The notes below the pieces were generated by a model, which was not told where the DNA came from, did no database searches, and was given only the letters and a program-made list of their open reading frames with translations. Made by a program: the position numbers and the translations under genes. Below, piece by piece: positions 12,717 through 25,469 of a DNA stretch of 64,000 nucleotides. The first letter of the stretch is position 1; each line of letters begins with the position of its first letter. Source of the DNA: Raillietiella orientalis (taxonomy: Eukaryota); the NCBI GenBank assembly GCA_036172245.1, contig JAYWIR010000007.1, positions 3,038,001 through 3,102,000 on the forward strand. Reading direction: 5' to 3'.

Positions 12717-13350
12717 TCATCGTCGAAGCTGATCACTCTTTTCCTGCGCTCGTGAGGCTGAACTGCCACGTTGCAAGATCGAAAGGAACATCCAGTTCGA
12801 GGTATTCATGCGGGAGGTTGCCGTCGAGGTCCGAGGTCGGCTCCTCGATTCCCATGCTGGGTTTCCAACCCACGTCCTCAGCGTGGGAGCTCTTCCACAA
12901 GCGTTCTCCTGCACGGCCGCCTCCGAGTGACCGATTCCCCCCGCCCCTTTCGTCGTTTTGCGGCCGGCACACCGGGATTGCTCGCTGGTAGCCTCACGCG
13001 GCGGGGAGACTCCAAGTTTTCTGAATCGATCCCCTCTTCTTGTAAATCCAATTGCGAGTTGATCTTCGCACAGCCCGGAGCGTGGTTCAAGCGGTGCGCC
13101 CAATAAGATGTTTTTGCTGTATCCCGTATTCGATCACATTACGAATCTCCTTAGTCAACTGACATAGTGTCCAGGACCTTGAAGTGTTTGAGCGTTGTCT
13201 GGGACCCATGATTCCAGTGATCCGGGAAGATTGCACACGCTAGCTCTGCGATCCCGTTGGAGGAGATGCGGGGAGAGATATTGAGATGAAAAGAGGAAGG
13301 GTCCGACATGTGCCAACCCTGAACGAAAGGGTCCGCCGAATATCACTGGG
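12717..13350 (-). pseudogene. Putative family H copy
   Basis: PHEYLELDVPF resembles ERELLNLDIST (~25650); short DNA motif shared with ~4151 and ~25895; basic NLS-like PAAKRRK. Confidence 0.35.
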
Positions 13351-13419
13351 GACAGGACTAGGAGGAAAGTGGAAGGTGGGGAAGGAGGGTTAAAAAGCAA
13401 ATAAATTCATAGGCAATGG

Positions 13420-14300
13420 GATGGACCGGCTTCGGAGTAATGAGCGTGATTCCCGAGGGCCTGAGAAGGGCAGAGGCAGCAAGCGTGAAAGATGGGATGC
13501 TGTCATTGGTTTTCATCCAGCCTGGACCGCAGTGGTCCTGACGCTCGCTCGCATTCCATGTGACAGCTTGCACCATCCCATGGTACTACGCACGAGGGCG
13601 ACAGTGGTTGCGTGCTGCTGCCCGGGATGACGACCACATCTCTTCCATCATCGCTGCTCACACGTGGCGGGAGATGTCCGGGGAGAAGGAGACTGTCAAA
13701 TTCGAACTGATGGGCACTCGCTTGGGTAGGTCCCGCGTGGTCCTGTGAGGGCAGGGTTGGAGAGTTGCAGTGAAACCCGCAATAAATCCGCACTGACCCC
13801 TGACGCAAAGAGCACGTTTTCGGAGCATTCCAAGAGCACATGAGAAAGAGTTTCCTCGAAGACTACATTCCCTCAGGATTCCTGAAGAGGAGTGGGAGGC
13901 CCCCTATGATCCGAGACAGAACTGAAATAGAACACCGGTCCTACGACTTTAAAACTGAAAAGTTCTATGATACCGCACTCCCCTATCCCGTGTTGGGCGT
14001 ATTCCCTGACATCGCTCCCCTGTTCAGCTTAAACCCCGGCTATGCTGGGAGTCTCTTGAATAGTTTTCTGCGGATAAAGTAAAGGTGTACTGCTCAAGAT
14101 GAGTCTTGGTACGGCTCTTACTCCTACCACAATCCTTGATGCACAGGGGGGGAATACCCGACTCTGGAGTCGACTGCTTTCTGAAGTCGACTGGAGTACG
14201 GAGCATAGTGAATGGAAATGAAAACATTGATTACAGCTACATTGATTTGGAGTGGAGGAGGAAGGATGATAGTATTCACCAGGGCCTCCGGTGTCATCTC
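13420..14300 (+). pseudogene. Family D copy
   Basis: KSFLEDYIPSGFL followed by EEEWEAPYDP (13884-13913), matching HEEWEPHDP (30856-30882, -); the EEWE codons differ only synonymously. Confidence 0.55.
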
Positions 14301-14319
14301 TGAATTTGCTTGCAGGCCC

Positions 14320-14990
14320 CTCCTCTGTTTCTTTCTCAATACGAGACCACCAATACGAGATTCTCAATACGAGATTCTTTAGAATCATCTCATCCAGGAT
14401 GAGTTGAGAGCGGTGACTTCTCTCGACGGCCTGACGCGATCCATTAAGATGCATTTTGTCTCTGTTGTGCAGAGCGCTGCAAAAGACTGCGATTCGAGCA
14501 GTTGTTGCTATGAGGCTGCTGGTGAACAGTCCTCCAAGCGAGTTGTCTTGTTGCTTTCCCTGAGTTTGTGCGACAAATCTCCACATGCTTGCACATTCCT
14601 CGGTGGGAGTCACAGTCCGGAGGCGGACGCGCGATCGTTAATATTTTTCCGTGCAGGGAGCAGTTCTTCGGGACGCTTCTCCTCATTCGGTGGAGTCGTT
14701 GGGCCACTGAGAGCACTTCCCCACGCAGCGTCAGTTTCAGGAACTGGAAACGTTCCCAAGCTGCTTCTGAATTCTGTTACCCTTCAGAGAGTTTGGAAAC
14801 GCCTCGCGGCTGACCTCCTCTTCCCTAAGACACCTCTATGGAGCTGCTGCTGAGCTGCATTCCGCGCAAGGGGCTTTCGCCTACCGTCCGCACCGCAACT
14901 CTGTCTGTATTTCGATTGTCACCGTTACCTCGGGCCGTTTATTGCTCAGAATAAATACGCTACAAGTGGTGGAAGACTCCAGATCCCATC
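14320..14990 (-). pseudogene. Family B copy
   Basis: NEEKRPEELLPARKNINDRAS matches REEPKTLLGFPRKSILGRS (~34740) and EEEQGPRKLV (~22430); downstream of a C copy. Confidence 0.55.
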
Positions 14991-15099
14991 TCATCCAAGT
15001 TTTCTGGGGAACATGCCGAGACACCTCGGCAACAGAAGGAAGAAAAACAAACAAACAGGAGACAAAAGAAAAACAAGTAAATAAATAGAAAACATTAAG

Positions 15100-15700
15100 G
15101 GGAGTTTGGGAAGGGGCCATATTCTACTGCGAGGTGTCCTCTGCACCCTTTCAAAGATGCCGGCAATTTTCTCCTGTATAACTCTCAGATGGAGCCATCT
15201 GGTTGCCACCTGCAAGAAGCGAACTGCAAAGTGGATGGCGACAGCGCTCCAGGGCGCTCCAGTCTCGCAGAGGCAGCAAGCAGCTGCTAGCGACGCGGCT
15301 GGTAGCAGTGCGTCTTGCATGTTGAGACGCTTGAAAACGTCCCTGGGGTTGTCCGCGGGTATCCGGGTGTCTGTCGTGAGACTTCGCAGCAGGTGCCGAG
15401 GGTCGACGCAGTCCATAAGCTGGCGCGGGAGAGATTCTGGTTCCCGAGCACTAACCGTTCTGGTTTCCAATTTGGTGCAGTGGCTCCGGCATGCGTTGCG
15501 TGGGAGACCCCAGTGGAAATTCAGCAGCGCCGACTTCTGCCACTTTAAAAAATGCATGGCACTATCCATGAATACAGCGGGCAACACGAAATCTTCTGAG
15601 GGAATCTCCTGTCTTTATTGAGTGGGGAGGATGTGTCATCCCAGCACGCGCAATAGGTGTGCTAGCGAAGGTCGTGCTCCTGCCTCCTTCATGATGGTGA
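15100..15700 (-). pseudogene. Family C copy (best preserved; ORF 14991..15587)
   Basis: AASLAA (15282-15299) and RWLHL (15186-15200) are identical to 21869-21886 and 21991-22005 on the opposite strand, differing only synonymously. Confidence 0.75.
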
Positions 15701-15979
15701 ATGTGACGGGATGGTTTCGCCTGCAACAACGAGTAAAGGATGATGCCTTCATCGCTGGCAGGCTGCAGAAGACTTGGCGGATGTAAACTGTACCCCTTTC
15801 TTGTTCCTCCCTTATTTGTTCGTTTATGTCTCTCCCTTCAGCCTTCTTAGCCCTTTTGAGTAGTCGACCAACAAGTCAGTGGTTCTCTCGTCTTCATGAA
15901 CTCAGCAAGTCTCGTAGGACTGATGCCCCTCTTTGCTTATTTTTTCTTTGGAAAAGAAATGCCCAAAGTCACGGAATGA

Positions 15980-17470
15980 CCATGGGCATGGGCGGATGCT
16001 ACATGGAAAGTTCCAATGCAAGAGAAAAATGTCCTCTTGCCAATCTTTGAATGTCTATCAGTGAAGCGTTGTTTTGCTGAAATAACTCGAAGAAACGCTG
16101 CATGTGAAGAAAAAGGTACCCAAGAGTTCCCATGTCTTCATTTGCTCGACCTGCGAGTTGGTGACCCCTCCCTGTGGAGCACCTGTTTGTGGGGACGTTG
16201 TTCCCCATTCGTGTTTTCCTCTTTTCTAACAAACTCTCCTGTGGCGTTGACTGGGTGGGATCAGGAGAGATTCTGGGTTGATCTATGGCTTTGCCGTCTA
16301 CATGGAGGAGGACCCTTCAAAAGATCCTTGTTTGGGCGAGGCAGGACAGCAGCTTTCGGGGACCCTTGCGCGTTGCCAAAAGAGATGTGAACTGGATTCT
16401 TGCGCAGCAGTAAGCAGAAATGATGACGGGAGGTAACGACGTATATCCTCAAGATGTCCACCCTTCTCCTTCCTTCGTCTACCCTTTTAAATAGCACATT
16501 AAGTCATAGCTTGTGGGTTACTCGTGTCATCGGTCTTCGAAAGAAGGTGGCTACTCTGAGAGTCCCCACATCTTCTCCAAGAGGGACTTGAGACTAGACG
16601 GTTTTCTGTCCACGGGTTGCAGCACAAGACGCACGTGATTTGGATGGTGGTGGGCTTTCGTATCAAGGCGAAGGAGATTTTTCGAGATCACTTCTCCCCA
16701 AGATTTCTTATTTGCATAAATTGGCAGAGCATCCCGTGCCGACGCTCTTCAGATTGGACCGTAGGGTCCACGATAACAGGGATCCCGTTCCTGAAAAACA
16801 CGAAGCAAGTAATATTTGCGGATTCGGCACTTTCCACTTGCTTGCACATTTTACTGGAAGCGAATGAAGACACATTTACTGATGGTTGACTTATATATTT
16901 TTATAGGTTTCTACAACTAAAAAAAAATAGGGAAGTGCGGGTTGTCCATCACAAAAGAATGAATCAGTGAGCCACAATAGAAGAGCATCCTTTGAACTAC
17001 TCGATGAGCAGCGAAAAGAATGGTGGTGACTTACCTCTACATGGTGACCTTTGTGAAGTGAGCTTCCACAATGCTTGCAGTATGTTCGTAATAGGAGATT
17101 TCGGTAAATGGTCACGATCAATCCACGCAACTATATGTATTTCCGGGCTCATCCTCAACCAAAGTGGACAGCGCTCCTGTTGGCTCGAATTTTCAAACCT
17201 CCTGTCCTAAACGAGACTGCTGGCGTGGGGCGCCTGGCTTTCTGTTTCAAACACCCGCACTGAGATGTTGCTTTCACGATGCACCATCGTGATCAGAATG
17301 CGTGGAACGCTTTCGGCTTTCCGTGACACGTCATTTCGAATGATTCAGAGGAAGCGATGCAAGGCAGTTGGATCTCATCATGCAAATCCATCCAGTTGTG
17401 GAGCACGAACAGGAAATTTGTAAAGAGCTCTTTCAAGAATGAGGCGTGCACGGATATGCCTGCTCGTGAA
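15980..17470 (+). pseudogene. Family D copy (near full length)
   Basis: KRYPRVP, STWRRTLQKILVWARQD, KEIFRDHFSPRFL, GGDLPLH, SIHAT (17118-17132). Confidence 0.7.
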
Positions 17471-17559
17471 AGCCAAAACCACAAAAAAAAGACATTTCAA
17501 TGCAGGATGAAGGTGTTTTGAGATCACCTGCTGAAACAGAATAGCATGATGTGCGTTTT

Positions 17560-20250
17560 CAATCTAGAAGAGTAAGTCTTCAGAACCAACTTGTCCGTTC
17601 CTTCACTTATGCTCAGAGTTCATTTCTTGCGTGCAGCTTTTGCACCTCTAAGATTATGTTTCAATTTCGGGGAAAAGATGATGCGTCATACTCTCGTCAT
17701 TAAAGAGCGGATGCAGCTGCCTCCGATGCGAACCAACTCAAATTCGAGGCATCCACGGAGAAATCAGCAACTGCATTCATATACGGATGAAATGATGGAA
17801 TGGAGCAGTCGAAATGTTCATACAGCTGAAGTACATTCGTCCAGGTGTTCCGAACCTCGGTCTTTGCTTTATCTCAAGCCCAGGACATCATCTTTGAGAT
17901 TTCTTGCATCCTCCCATCTGTGATCCGTTATTATTCGCACGTGGCACTCTTAAGCGTCTGCAGTCCCTGCTGGAACAGCAGCACCCGAAATTAAAGCGTA
18001 GTTTTCGTGTGCTGAAGAGTTCTCTTCTCCTAATCTCATTTTTCCTCTTGGTATTTGATGCCAGGATCCCTAGTCCCAGCCACGACTTTTCCTCGTCCTC
18101 CCTCTTCCTTACAGTTGTCTTGATTCCTATGCACGTGCAGTGTTCGAATCGCGCCCGCGTTCCAGTTTTGCGCGAGCTCCCGACCGCACATCCAGGTCTA
18201 AGCAACTGGATAAATGACAGTGATATTTATGCATTCTCCTTACATCCTTCATTCGAGTCTCCACTCAGGAGAGCGTCGCTAAGTTTTCGGCTCCCTCGCT
18301 CTTCCAGATCTCGACTAGCGGTGTTTCACTAGGGAGTTTTGGGGCACCTCATTCTTCTTTCATTTGAGAGATTGTTCAGTTGAGCCCCTCCCTGCGGTGC
18401 CTTCAAACTCCCCCGGTGATGCCATCTCTTATGTGCCGCGAAGAATCGCGCGTAAACATAAACATTAGCAGTTGTGAAGAGTAGTGAATGGGGACCTGAA
18501 TGTGAAACGGGATTGCATCCTTCCTCGTCTAGGAGGGGGAGACACGGGAAGAACTACACATTTATTTGCAGACTGTTCATGTTCACATTTCGTGCGTTGT
18601 TTCTGAGCCTGCTGTTTCAGAAAGCCGAGCAGGGGAACTCATTCTTCTCCAAGAGAAATTAGTTGGGTTCATTCCGTTGCATTTTTCCTCCCTGACCCAG
18701 AGGGGAGCTTCATTAAAACTTTTGATCCTCATCCCGCCTGAAACATCATTCGCATCTTCAGAATCTCTTCTTTTTGTTCCGAGCTGCTCTTCCGCCTCCG
18801 TTCGGGAACCGGCTGATTCGGAACTGCTTTTCTCACTTCCTGTCCGGCCTCCGAAAAAAGGGACGTAACCCAAGGCCCTTCCTGACTCATTCACAAAAAC
18901 AAGCGCGTTTTTCCCTGTATCAGACGCACGGACCAGAAGCTTCCCGGGTAAGCTTTCACGCGGCAATAGGGGTTTCCTCATTGCCGCGTGAAAGAGATGC
19001 TCCTTTCGGGAGCTTATTCCTTTTATCCAGAAAATCAATCAGTTCTTAGCACATTGCGGCGGATTGTGCACCGCAGAAGCGGCAGAAGAAAAGTCTTCAG
19101 GTCCGACAGTCCAGGAAACCTTGCTTGTAGGCTGAGGTTTTGCCGGACCCAAATGTTAATCCCGAGTCTTCATTAGCGAAAATGGGATCCGTTTGGGGAG
19201 GAGCATTTGGCATCGGCCACCAAGGATGGCGCCCTCACTTGTACAGGACGTGCGTTTTGTGGGTAAAATCCCTAGGATTTACATCCAGCCATCACATTGG
19301 CAACAAAATCGTTATCAGAACAATCCTTGTTTTCATCCGACCAGCATCAGGAGGTGCTGTGTCTTGTCATCTGGAAAGTTCTCTCACAGCAAGAATACGG
19401 GAACGGTTCACTACTGAAACCATTTTTTTCCATTATACCCGTCATCTTCCTCGATGGACCGTGACTTGTTCCTTCATTTTAAGGTGCTGGTAGTTTCAAA
19501 GGTTCCGGCGGACTGCTCGGATCGGAATTTGTTGCTAAGGTTGAACCACGTTTCCTCCACAAGAAGATGATCCTATGCTGTTAAACTTACTTGAACATCC
19601 CAGACAGGATATCTCGAGATCTTTGTCGAGGCTGGAGCCTTCAAACCTGGCACTTTCAAACACGTTTCGGGGACGGTCCGACTAGGGCGTTTGCTTCCGG
19701 ATAAACAAACCCACAACTTCTTGTTCCGCATCCTGTTTTCATGCCAACACAGTAAACCTGTAAGATCTTCTTCTGCCCCAAACAGCAGATTTATTGCGAT
19801 CTTTCTCCTCAACATTAAGAGTACCGAGAAATGAAGATCTATAAAACCGCCATAGCAATTCCTTTCTTGACTCTTCCCAGATGTTCCCAGATAACAGTTG
19901 TTCGGATGCTGCTTAAAACAGTCATTGCTGATGCATTATTTTGTCCTGGATGCATTCAGCGAAACACCTTAAGCTGACTCTGCAGATTCACATCCACGTC
20001 GACAGTCATTGAGGCTGCAAGTCACCGTGCCCAATTCCAGCCACCAGCTATGAATATTTTAGGGACCAAAGCAGCCATCTGATAGCTGCGGTCTGTATGC
20101 TTTTCGTTTTCAAGCATGCGCAAATTTCTCGTTAGGAGTAATATGTGATTAATAATATATCCACCATCAGGAGTGATCGAACCATAGATATGTGCGATGG
20201 AAACATCTGGAACATTTGTCATTCAAATTCTGCTGCGGCGTTCGAAACAA
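17560..20250 (-). pseudogene. Family G copy
   Basis: FFPCLPLLDEEGCN (~18540) vs FLSCYPSSLDLEGVD (~27075); KQGFL/GLSD vs QTAFLNGLSS; VNPRDFTHKTHVL vs VALEDFHF*SLVI; collinear. Confidence 0.55.
18953..18994. repeat. Perfect 15-bp inverted repeat with 12-nt loop
   Basis: ctttcacgcggcaat (18953-18967) / attgccgcgtgaaag (18980-18994). Confidence 0.95.
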
Positions 20251-20299
20251 ATCCGCTGGACTTTTCTCTCACGGTTCAGTTTTCGACAACTGGGCGCTA

Positions 20300-21300
20300 G
20301 TGGATCCAACTAATAGACCGAATCGCGAGAGACATTGCGAAGGATCAGGATTTGGTGGCCTCCCAGCAGCGTGCCCGAAGAGCACATTCCAAGCCAGAAC
20401 TCTAGGAACCACACCAAGTGTCCAGCTGAGGGTGATTGCACGGGACGCTGCATGTTCTCCTGACTATTCTTCGGAGACGCCAGAAACAGCAGGGCAGAAG
20501 GGAGCACAGGCTCTCCATCTCGCCTGCAAAGGAAGTCTACGCCAGCATGAGAGTACGTCGCTGTACCTGTCGGATCTTCGGATCCGGCGGATGGCAGAGC
20601 AGTGGGGAAGCTGGCCCCGCGGTAGCGGCCGGACGGCTGCAGTCTCCGCCATGGTATCAAGAGCTGCAAGATCAAATCCCCACGTGGGGGGTGGACGCCG
20701 AAAATGGGGGGTTCGTGCTGGATTTCTAGTTCGGCGTCCCCCCGCAGGGTGACGCTGATCTGCCTGTGGGTTTCGGATGCGACCCTGGTGTAAACCGGAT
20801 ACTTCTGTTGACTGGCCTGGATTGGGTCCTTCCAGGGATCGAGAAACCCGTGTTCTCCGGTTGTGAAAATGAAACGGTTCCCACCTCAAGAGGGATCTTT
20901 CATTGCTTATCATACTGCTGGTTGATAACCTCCTCGGGAGGTTGCCTCTCCAGGTTGTCAGACGCTACTCCTTTCGGGGCGCGCCCTTCAAGTGTGCCTT
21001 CGGGGTTCTCTTTAGAGGAGGAAACGAGGAGCGTTTCCATTGCAGATTCCATTCGGAGTAGAAATAATGGAGTGGTTTCTACCGGAGGATCCCTCCGGAG
21101 TGAATAAATAAGTGGTTCCCTTCGGAATTCCTACCAAGGGTAAGAGGAACAGACTCCTTCCTCCGGAGTCTTCCTCGATTTATAGGGTGGTCCCTCCCTG
21201 GGATACCTCCTAACTTGAAGGGATATGAGCACCCTCGGGTAGCATGTTAAAGACGAACGATGTTTTAGCACTCTGTGAACCAAGGGTGAAAAAAAACGAA
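20300..21300 (-). pseudogene. Family A copy
   Basis: LLVSSSKEN, EGRAPKG, IFTTGE (FTTG 20856-20867), DPWKDP, VASETHRQISVTLR and AETAAVRP; alignable with 8400-8860. Confidence 0.7.
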
Positions 21301-21479
21301 AAAAGAAAAGCTGGAAGGAAAGCGGCAAAAGCACAAGAACCCAAAAGGATTTCCATCGTTCCATGCCAACCTCTTGTCCCATTGCTGCCCTTCCTAGGGA
21401 AAGCAAGAAACAGCGTTATTCCCGGCAAGGTGGGAAGCGATTTGCTGCATAACAGCAAAGAAGAAACTCTTGAGGGTAT

Positions 21480-22075
21480 GGAAAACTTGGGAGGTGACGG
21501 ACGCTGCGGCCCCGAGTGTTCCACCTCACGGACTTGTAAGCTGAGGAGAGCTGCTCGACATCCCTCTGGAGGAGGTGAAATGGCCCCTAGCGTACTGGAA
21601 CAGCCCTCCCCCTTATGTGGCAGGAGTCGGTGTTGCTGGTGTTGCATGGGGAATCCCGTGCAAAGCTCTCCTTCGCCACTGGACAAGGGGGGGAGCATGG
21701 ACGCTGAGTGCGAGACAGGTGCGGGAAGAAGGATACCCTCCTGCACCTGCTGTTGGACTATGCTGCCCTCCGACCCCTTTGGGATCGCCTCGCGACGACT
21801 CTAGGAATCCCTGTAAGCGGTCCAAGGACATTTGGAAACTCCTCTTCGCGCGTGCCGTTCTGCCGTCAGCCGCGTCCCTAGCAGCTGTCTGCTGCGTTCG
21901 CGGAATCGTGGCAGCCTGGAATGCCGGAAGAAGAGGCCAGAATGGCGGGGATGCCATCCACTGATCGCGAATCTTCCTGAAGACCCCTCGAGATGGCTCC
22001 ACCTGGGCACTATCCGGACAGAACTTGCCAGCATCCAGAACAGGATGCAGAGGAAGCCTGGCAGCGTGCCGTGAT
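21480..22075 (+). pseudogene. Family C copy (inverted relative to the others)
   Basis: LPSAASLAAVCC and PSRWLHLGTIRTELASIQNRMQRKP vs TRWLHLRVIQEKIAGIFERVQRTP. Confidence 0.75.
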
Positions 22076-22169
22076 CCCTTCCTCGGTTCCCTTCCTCCCC
22101 GTGTATAATTTCCGCTTACCTGTTTTGTTTGTTCATTTTTTTTTGTTTTTGTCTCCCCTTCTCCCACGC

Positions 22170-23045
22170 TGGCGAAGGGACCTCGCCGGTGTGCGCACTG
22201 CACGTGGTAGAACCCTTGGTTCTACCACGTCAATGTATTTTTATTGCTTTATTCCAGAAATACCCTGGTATAACCAGGCGATAATCATTGGATGGAGATG
22301 AGGGAGCAGTGAGGAAGCGAAGAATGAGGAAAAGGTATGCACTGGAACATCGGATATGGAGTTCACCACCTGTAATGAGAGCAAACCCTCAGGAACGCAA
22401 CCCCATCACAACTGCAGGTCTTGAAGAAGAGCAAGGACCTCGAAAGCTGGTGGAAATTCGTTACTCTTTTTTTTCCTTGTCTTTCCCTCCATCCGTTGTG
22501 TTCCTTTTCAAAATTACCGTGAACAGGAAGATGTGAATGCCATGAATCGAACAATGGACCATTCAAGCTGTTTCGATTTCCCACGTTTTTGCCTACATGC
22601 CGGAGAAGCACTCCGAGGACCTAGCAAGCTTTTGTGATTCCATCTAATCAGGGCTTCCCATCCCCGATTGCAACGTTGATGGCTTCCCCGATACTCAGGC
22701 TCTCCTGTTCTTCCTTCCTTCACCTCGTTGACTATTCCGCAGATAGTGCGGCTGATAAGCTTCAGCAGGGCTTCCTTTGCAGGAGGAACGCGTGTGGACT
22801 CCCTGAAAACAGAAACCCAGTCCTAGCTGAGATGGGGATATCTGTAAATCCAATTGCTCAAGTGCTACTTGTTAAGCCTTCTTTAATGATCAGCAGATGC
22901 AACACGATTTGCTCAATTAACCGACTGCCGCGGGAAAATTTCTGCTTCCTGGCATTTCTGAGTAGCTCAGGTAGGATCGTTCCTCCTGTGACCATCATGA
23001 GAGATCAGATGGTTTTCACAGCTCCTTTAACTGTGCTTCTGTGAG
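22170..23045 (+). pseudogene. Family B copy
   Basis: Follows C after the same T-rich tract as at 15040-15095. ttctaccacgtcaatgtatttttatt aligns with ttccaccacttgtagcgtatttatt (minus strand, ~14950-14975); EEEQGPRKLV motif. Confidence 0.5.
22202..22230. repeat. Perfect 13-bp inverted repeat with 3-nt loop
   Basis: acgtggtagaacc-ctt-ggttctaccacgt. Confidence 0.95.
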
Positions 23046-23099
23046 CACTTGGCTCGAGTGATCTGGCGGTGAAACGCCATTTTTGTTAGGCAAATGGGA

Positions 23100-24120
23100 C
23101 AGGCGGCGTAGCTGGATTTTAAAAATGCACGCTGCCCGATTTACAAGGCTTCTCATCAGAGTCTTACATTTTTTTCGCAGGAAGAAGAACTAAATAAATT
23201 TCTCACAAGGAAATTGGAATTAGCAGCAATCCAAGCATGAGATTCTAGCAGCACAGAATCTCTGGAAACCATTTGTCTCTTTGGCAAAGATGATGCATTC
23301 CGACGGACCTGGACTGAGTGAAAATTAAGACGCTACGGCGCACATTAAACAGGTCGTTTCTTGTTTCCTGAATTCCGGATGAAGTTTCAGCAGCATTCCA
23401 GAAATTCTAGTAGATTCGTCTCTAGAAAAGTTTGCTTTCATCATGCGGCCGAAAACAAGAGGGACTTAAGAATTTAGAAGTGGCACGTTTGATCTTGAGC
23501 TGAGCTCAACAGCGATCCCCCAAAAAACAAATACTTTCGATATTTGATAGTGTTAATCAATTGTGGAGATAAAATCAACACAGCAATACCAATAACCCGC
23601 GTCCACTGCAATAACGCGTGATCTTTCAAACCATGTAGCTGGAGTATCAGGTGAAATGAGAAAACTTTTGACTTCTTCGAGGACAAAGGTTTCATAGGAA
23701 TTTCTGTTAGTTTATTCCCTTGGTAATTCCGGCGTTCGTAAGGAAGAGTTGAGGGATTAAAGTGAAAGACGGTTCGTTCGTTGCAACTCGTCCGGCGTAA
23801 GTCACGTCGGACTCTTCTTATTCATGACGTGAGTTCGAAAGTCTTCGAAAGTCCTGCACACTCTTCCAACATCGCTGGATAATTGACCCCAACGAGCGAA
23901 GCACAGGTCAGATGAAACGAATTGGAAGTTGGCTAATGCATCTTTGCACGTTTTGTATTCGTACGAAGAACAAACACATCGTTGTGGGGCAGCTCAGTCA
24001 TCGATGAGTGAGGGAAAGACATGATCGCAAAGCGTTCGTTTTAAATAATTAATTTTTCATAGATGAGGTCTTTCTCTTGATGAGGTCGTAATCGGAAACT
24101 CAATGAGCCTCTGCGAATAT
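23100..24120 (+). pseudogene. Family G copy (N-terminal part)
   Basis: GEMRKLL vs GKMREIL (~29025, -); KVLHTL (23848-23865) identical to 28556-28573 (-) with 3 synonymous differences. Ends before an A16 run. Confidence 0.65.
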
Positions 24121-24549
24121 GACATTGACTGATTTTCGAGATTTCACCTTCACTGATGTATAAAAAAAAAAAAAAAAGGAAGGAAGGAACTCTGCTGTAT
24201 CCACATGATCGCATTCAGGAACTCTCCGACAAAATGCATCTGAAAGAGGACGCAGAATTTCACGTTTGTCCTGTTAAAAGATGGAAGCTCCGAAGCGGGT
24301 GACTGTTTTTTCCTTCTTAGAAACCCTCCTTGGAAAATGGCACATCACGCAAACACTCACGGAAAATTCACGCCTCGCTCTGCGGGAATCAAAATCCCTT
24401 CATTGGAAAAATCCGTGAGCGATGATGAGCCAATCTGAATCAACCGGAAGTTACAAGTTCGTGGACGAAAGCTGAGCGTTCTTACCTTCAGTTTTCCAGA
24501 AGTATCTTCAGATACCTTCTTTTTTTTGAGTGGGGGGGGAGTCCATTGC

Positions 24550-25331
24550 CGTAAGCGAATTGGGTGCTTCAACGTGGAGCTTGCAAATCTCAAGAAGATC
24601 CCAAAGAAACAAAGCGCAGAATGATGCAAAATGAGTCAAGTTTGAGGAAACATCTGATGATGCTGCAGCCTGGGGAATTTTACTCCTCTTGTATGTCTGT
24701 CGTGCCTGCTAGACCACTCTGCTTCCCGAGTTCTCAGACTGGAAACGGCGAAGCCCTCTCTCGTCAATTTCCATCTCCAACAGTGCGACCTTGAAACACG
24801 GACAAAAAGCGGCAGCCACTTCGAGGAGGAGGCGATTCGATGCCACTTTTGTACCTCTTGCCGGCGTCAAGATGGAAAATTCCAATTCATTCTTCTTCGG
24901 AATTTCATATCTTGGATGCATTCAGCCAGCTTGACGTGGCGGAAGGAATTCGGCGCTTCCGAAAAGTTATTCAGCGGCTGGCGCTTCTACGGGATGAGCT
25001 ACGAAAAAACCACCCCATCTCCCTCTTCGCCGCGGACCCAAAGCCATACTTCGGTGTTCGGAGCCGCTTCAGGAAACACGCCGGGAGCAAACCTGACGTC
25101 GATCAGTTTAAATGTTTCTTTGAGATTCGGTTCTCGGGAAAATTTGCGGGATCAGCATCTTCTCTCCGTGCAGAAGGACCCGCAGCTGCTGTTGCCCAGA
25201 GATGCTCTTCCCGACACCGAGCTGCGGATCTCGCTGCTTTTGAAGGATGCTCGCGAGATATCTTGGAAAAGGCACATTCCTCAGGGCATCGTGACGTCAG
25301 CGTGAGCATGGAAGCCAACAGTGCATTCTAA
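24550..25331 (+). pseudogene. Family D copy (3' part)
   Basis: DELRKNH and LLLPRDAL match NDLQRNH and LLPVRDAL of 7063-8330. Confidence 0.55.
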
Positions 25332-25469
25332 AAATCCAGGACGAGACCGAAACTCTGATCTCCCCAGTTCTGGCTTTGTAGCCTGTCTCGAGGAAAGCCC
25401 TGTATTTATCTAGATGCCTTAGATCACTGCCCTTGTGAATTTTCTTCCTTCCTTTTCCATCTTCTCACG

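Noticed and set aside
18900..18945. LLVRASDTGKN as a degenerate SF3 helicase P-loop (parvo/polyomavirus-like)
   Set aside because: It needs a repair to fit, there is no properly spaced Walker B, and it is not conserved in other G copies, whose similarity appears to lie in a different frame.
19135..19165. GLTFGSGKT on the minus strand as a Walker A motif
   Set aside because: The spacing is off by one, and the aligned segment of the 26480-29700 G copy (SIVGTKNAT) lacks it.
20652..20664. tggtatcaagagc as a tRNA-Met primer-binding site
   Set aside because: It has an extra base, no adjacent LTR or gag/pol, and the homologous sites read tggcacca within the family A coding block.
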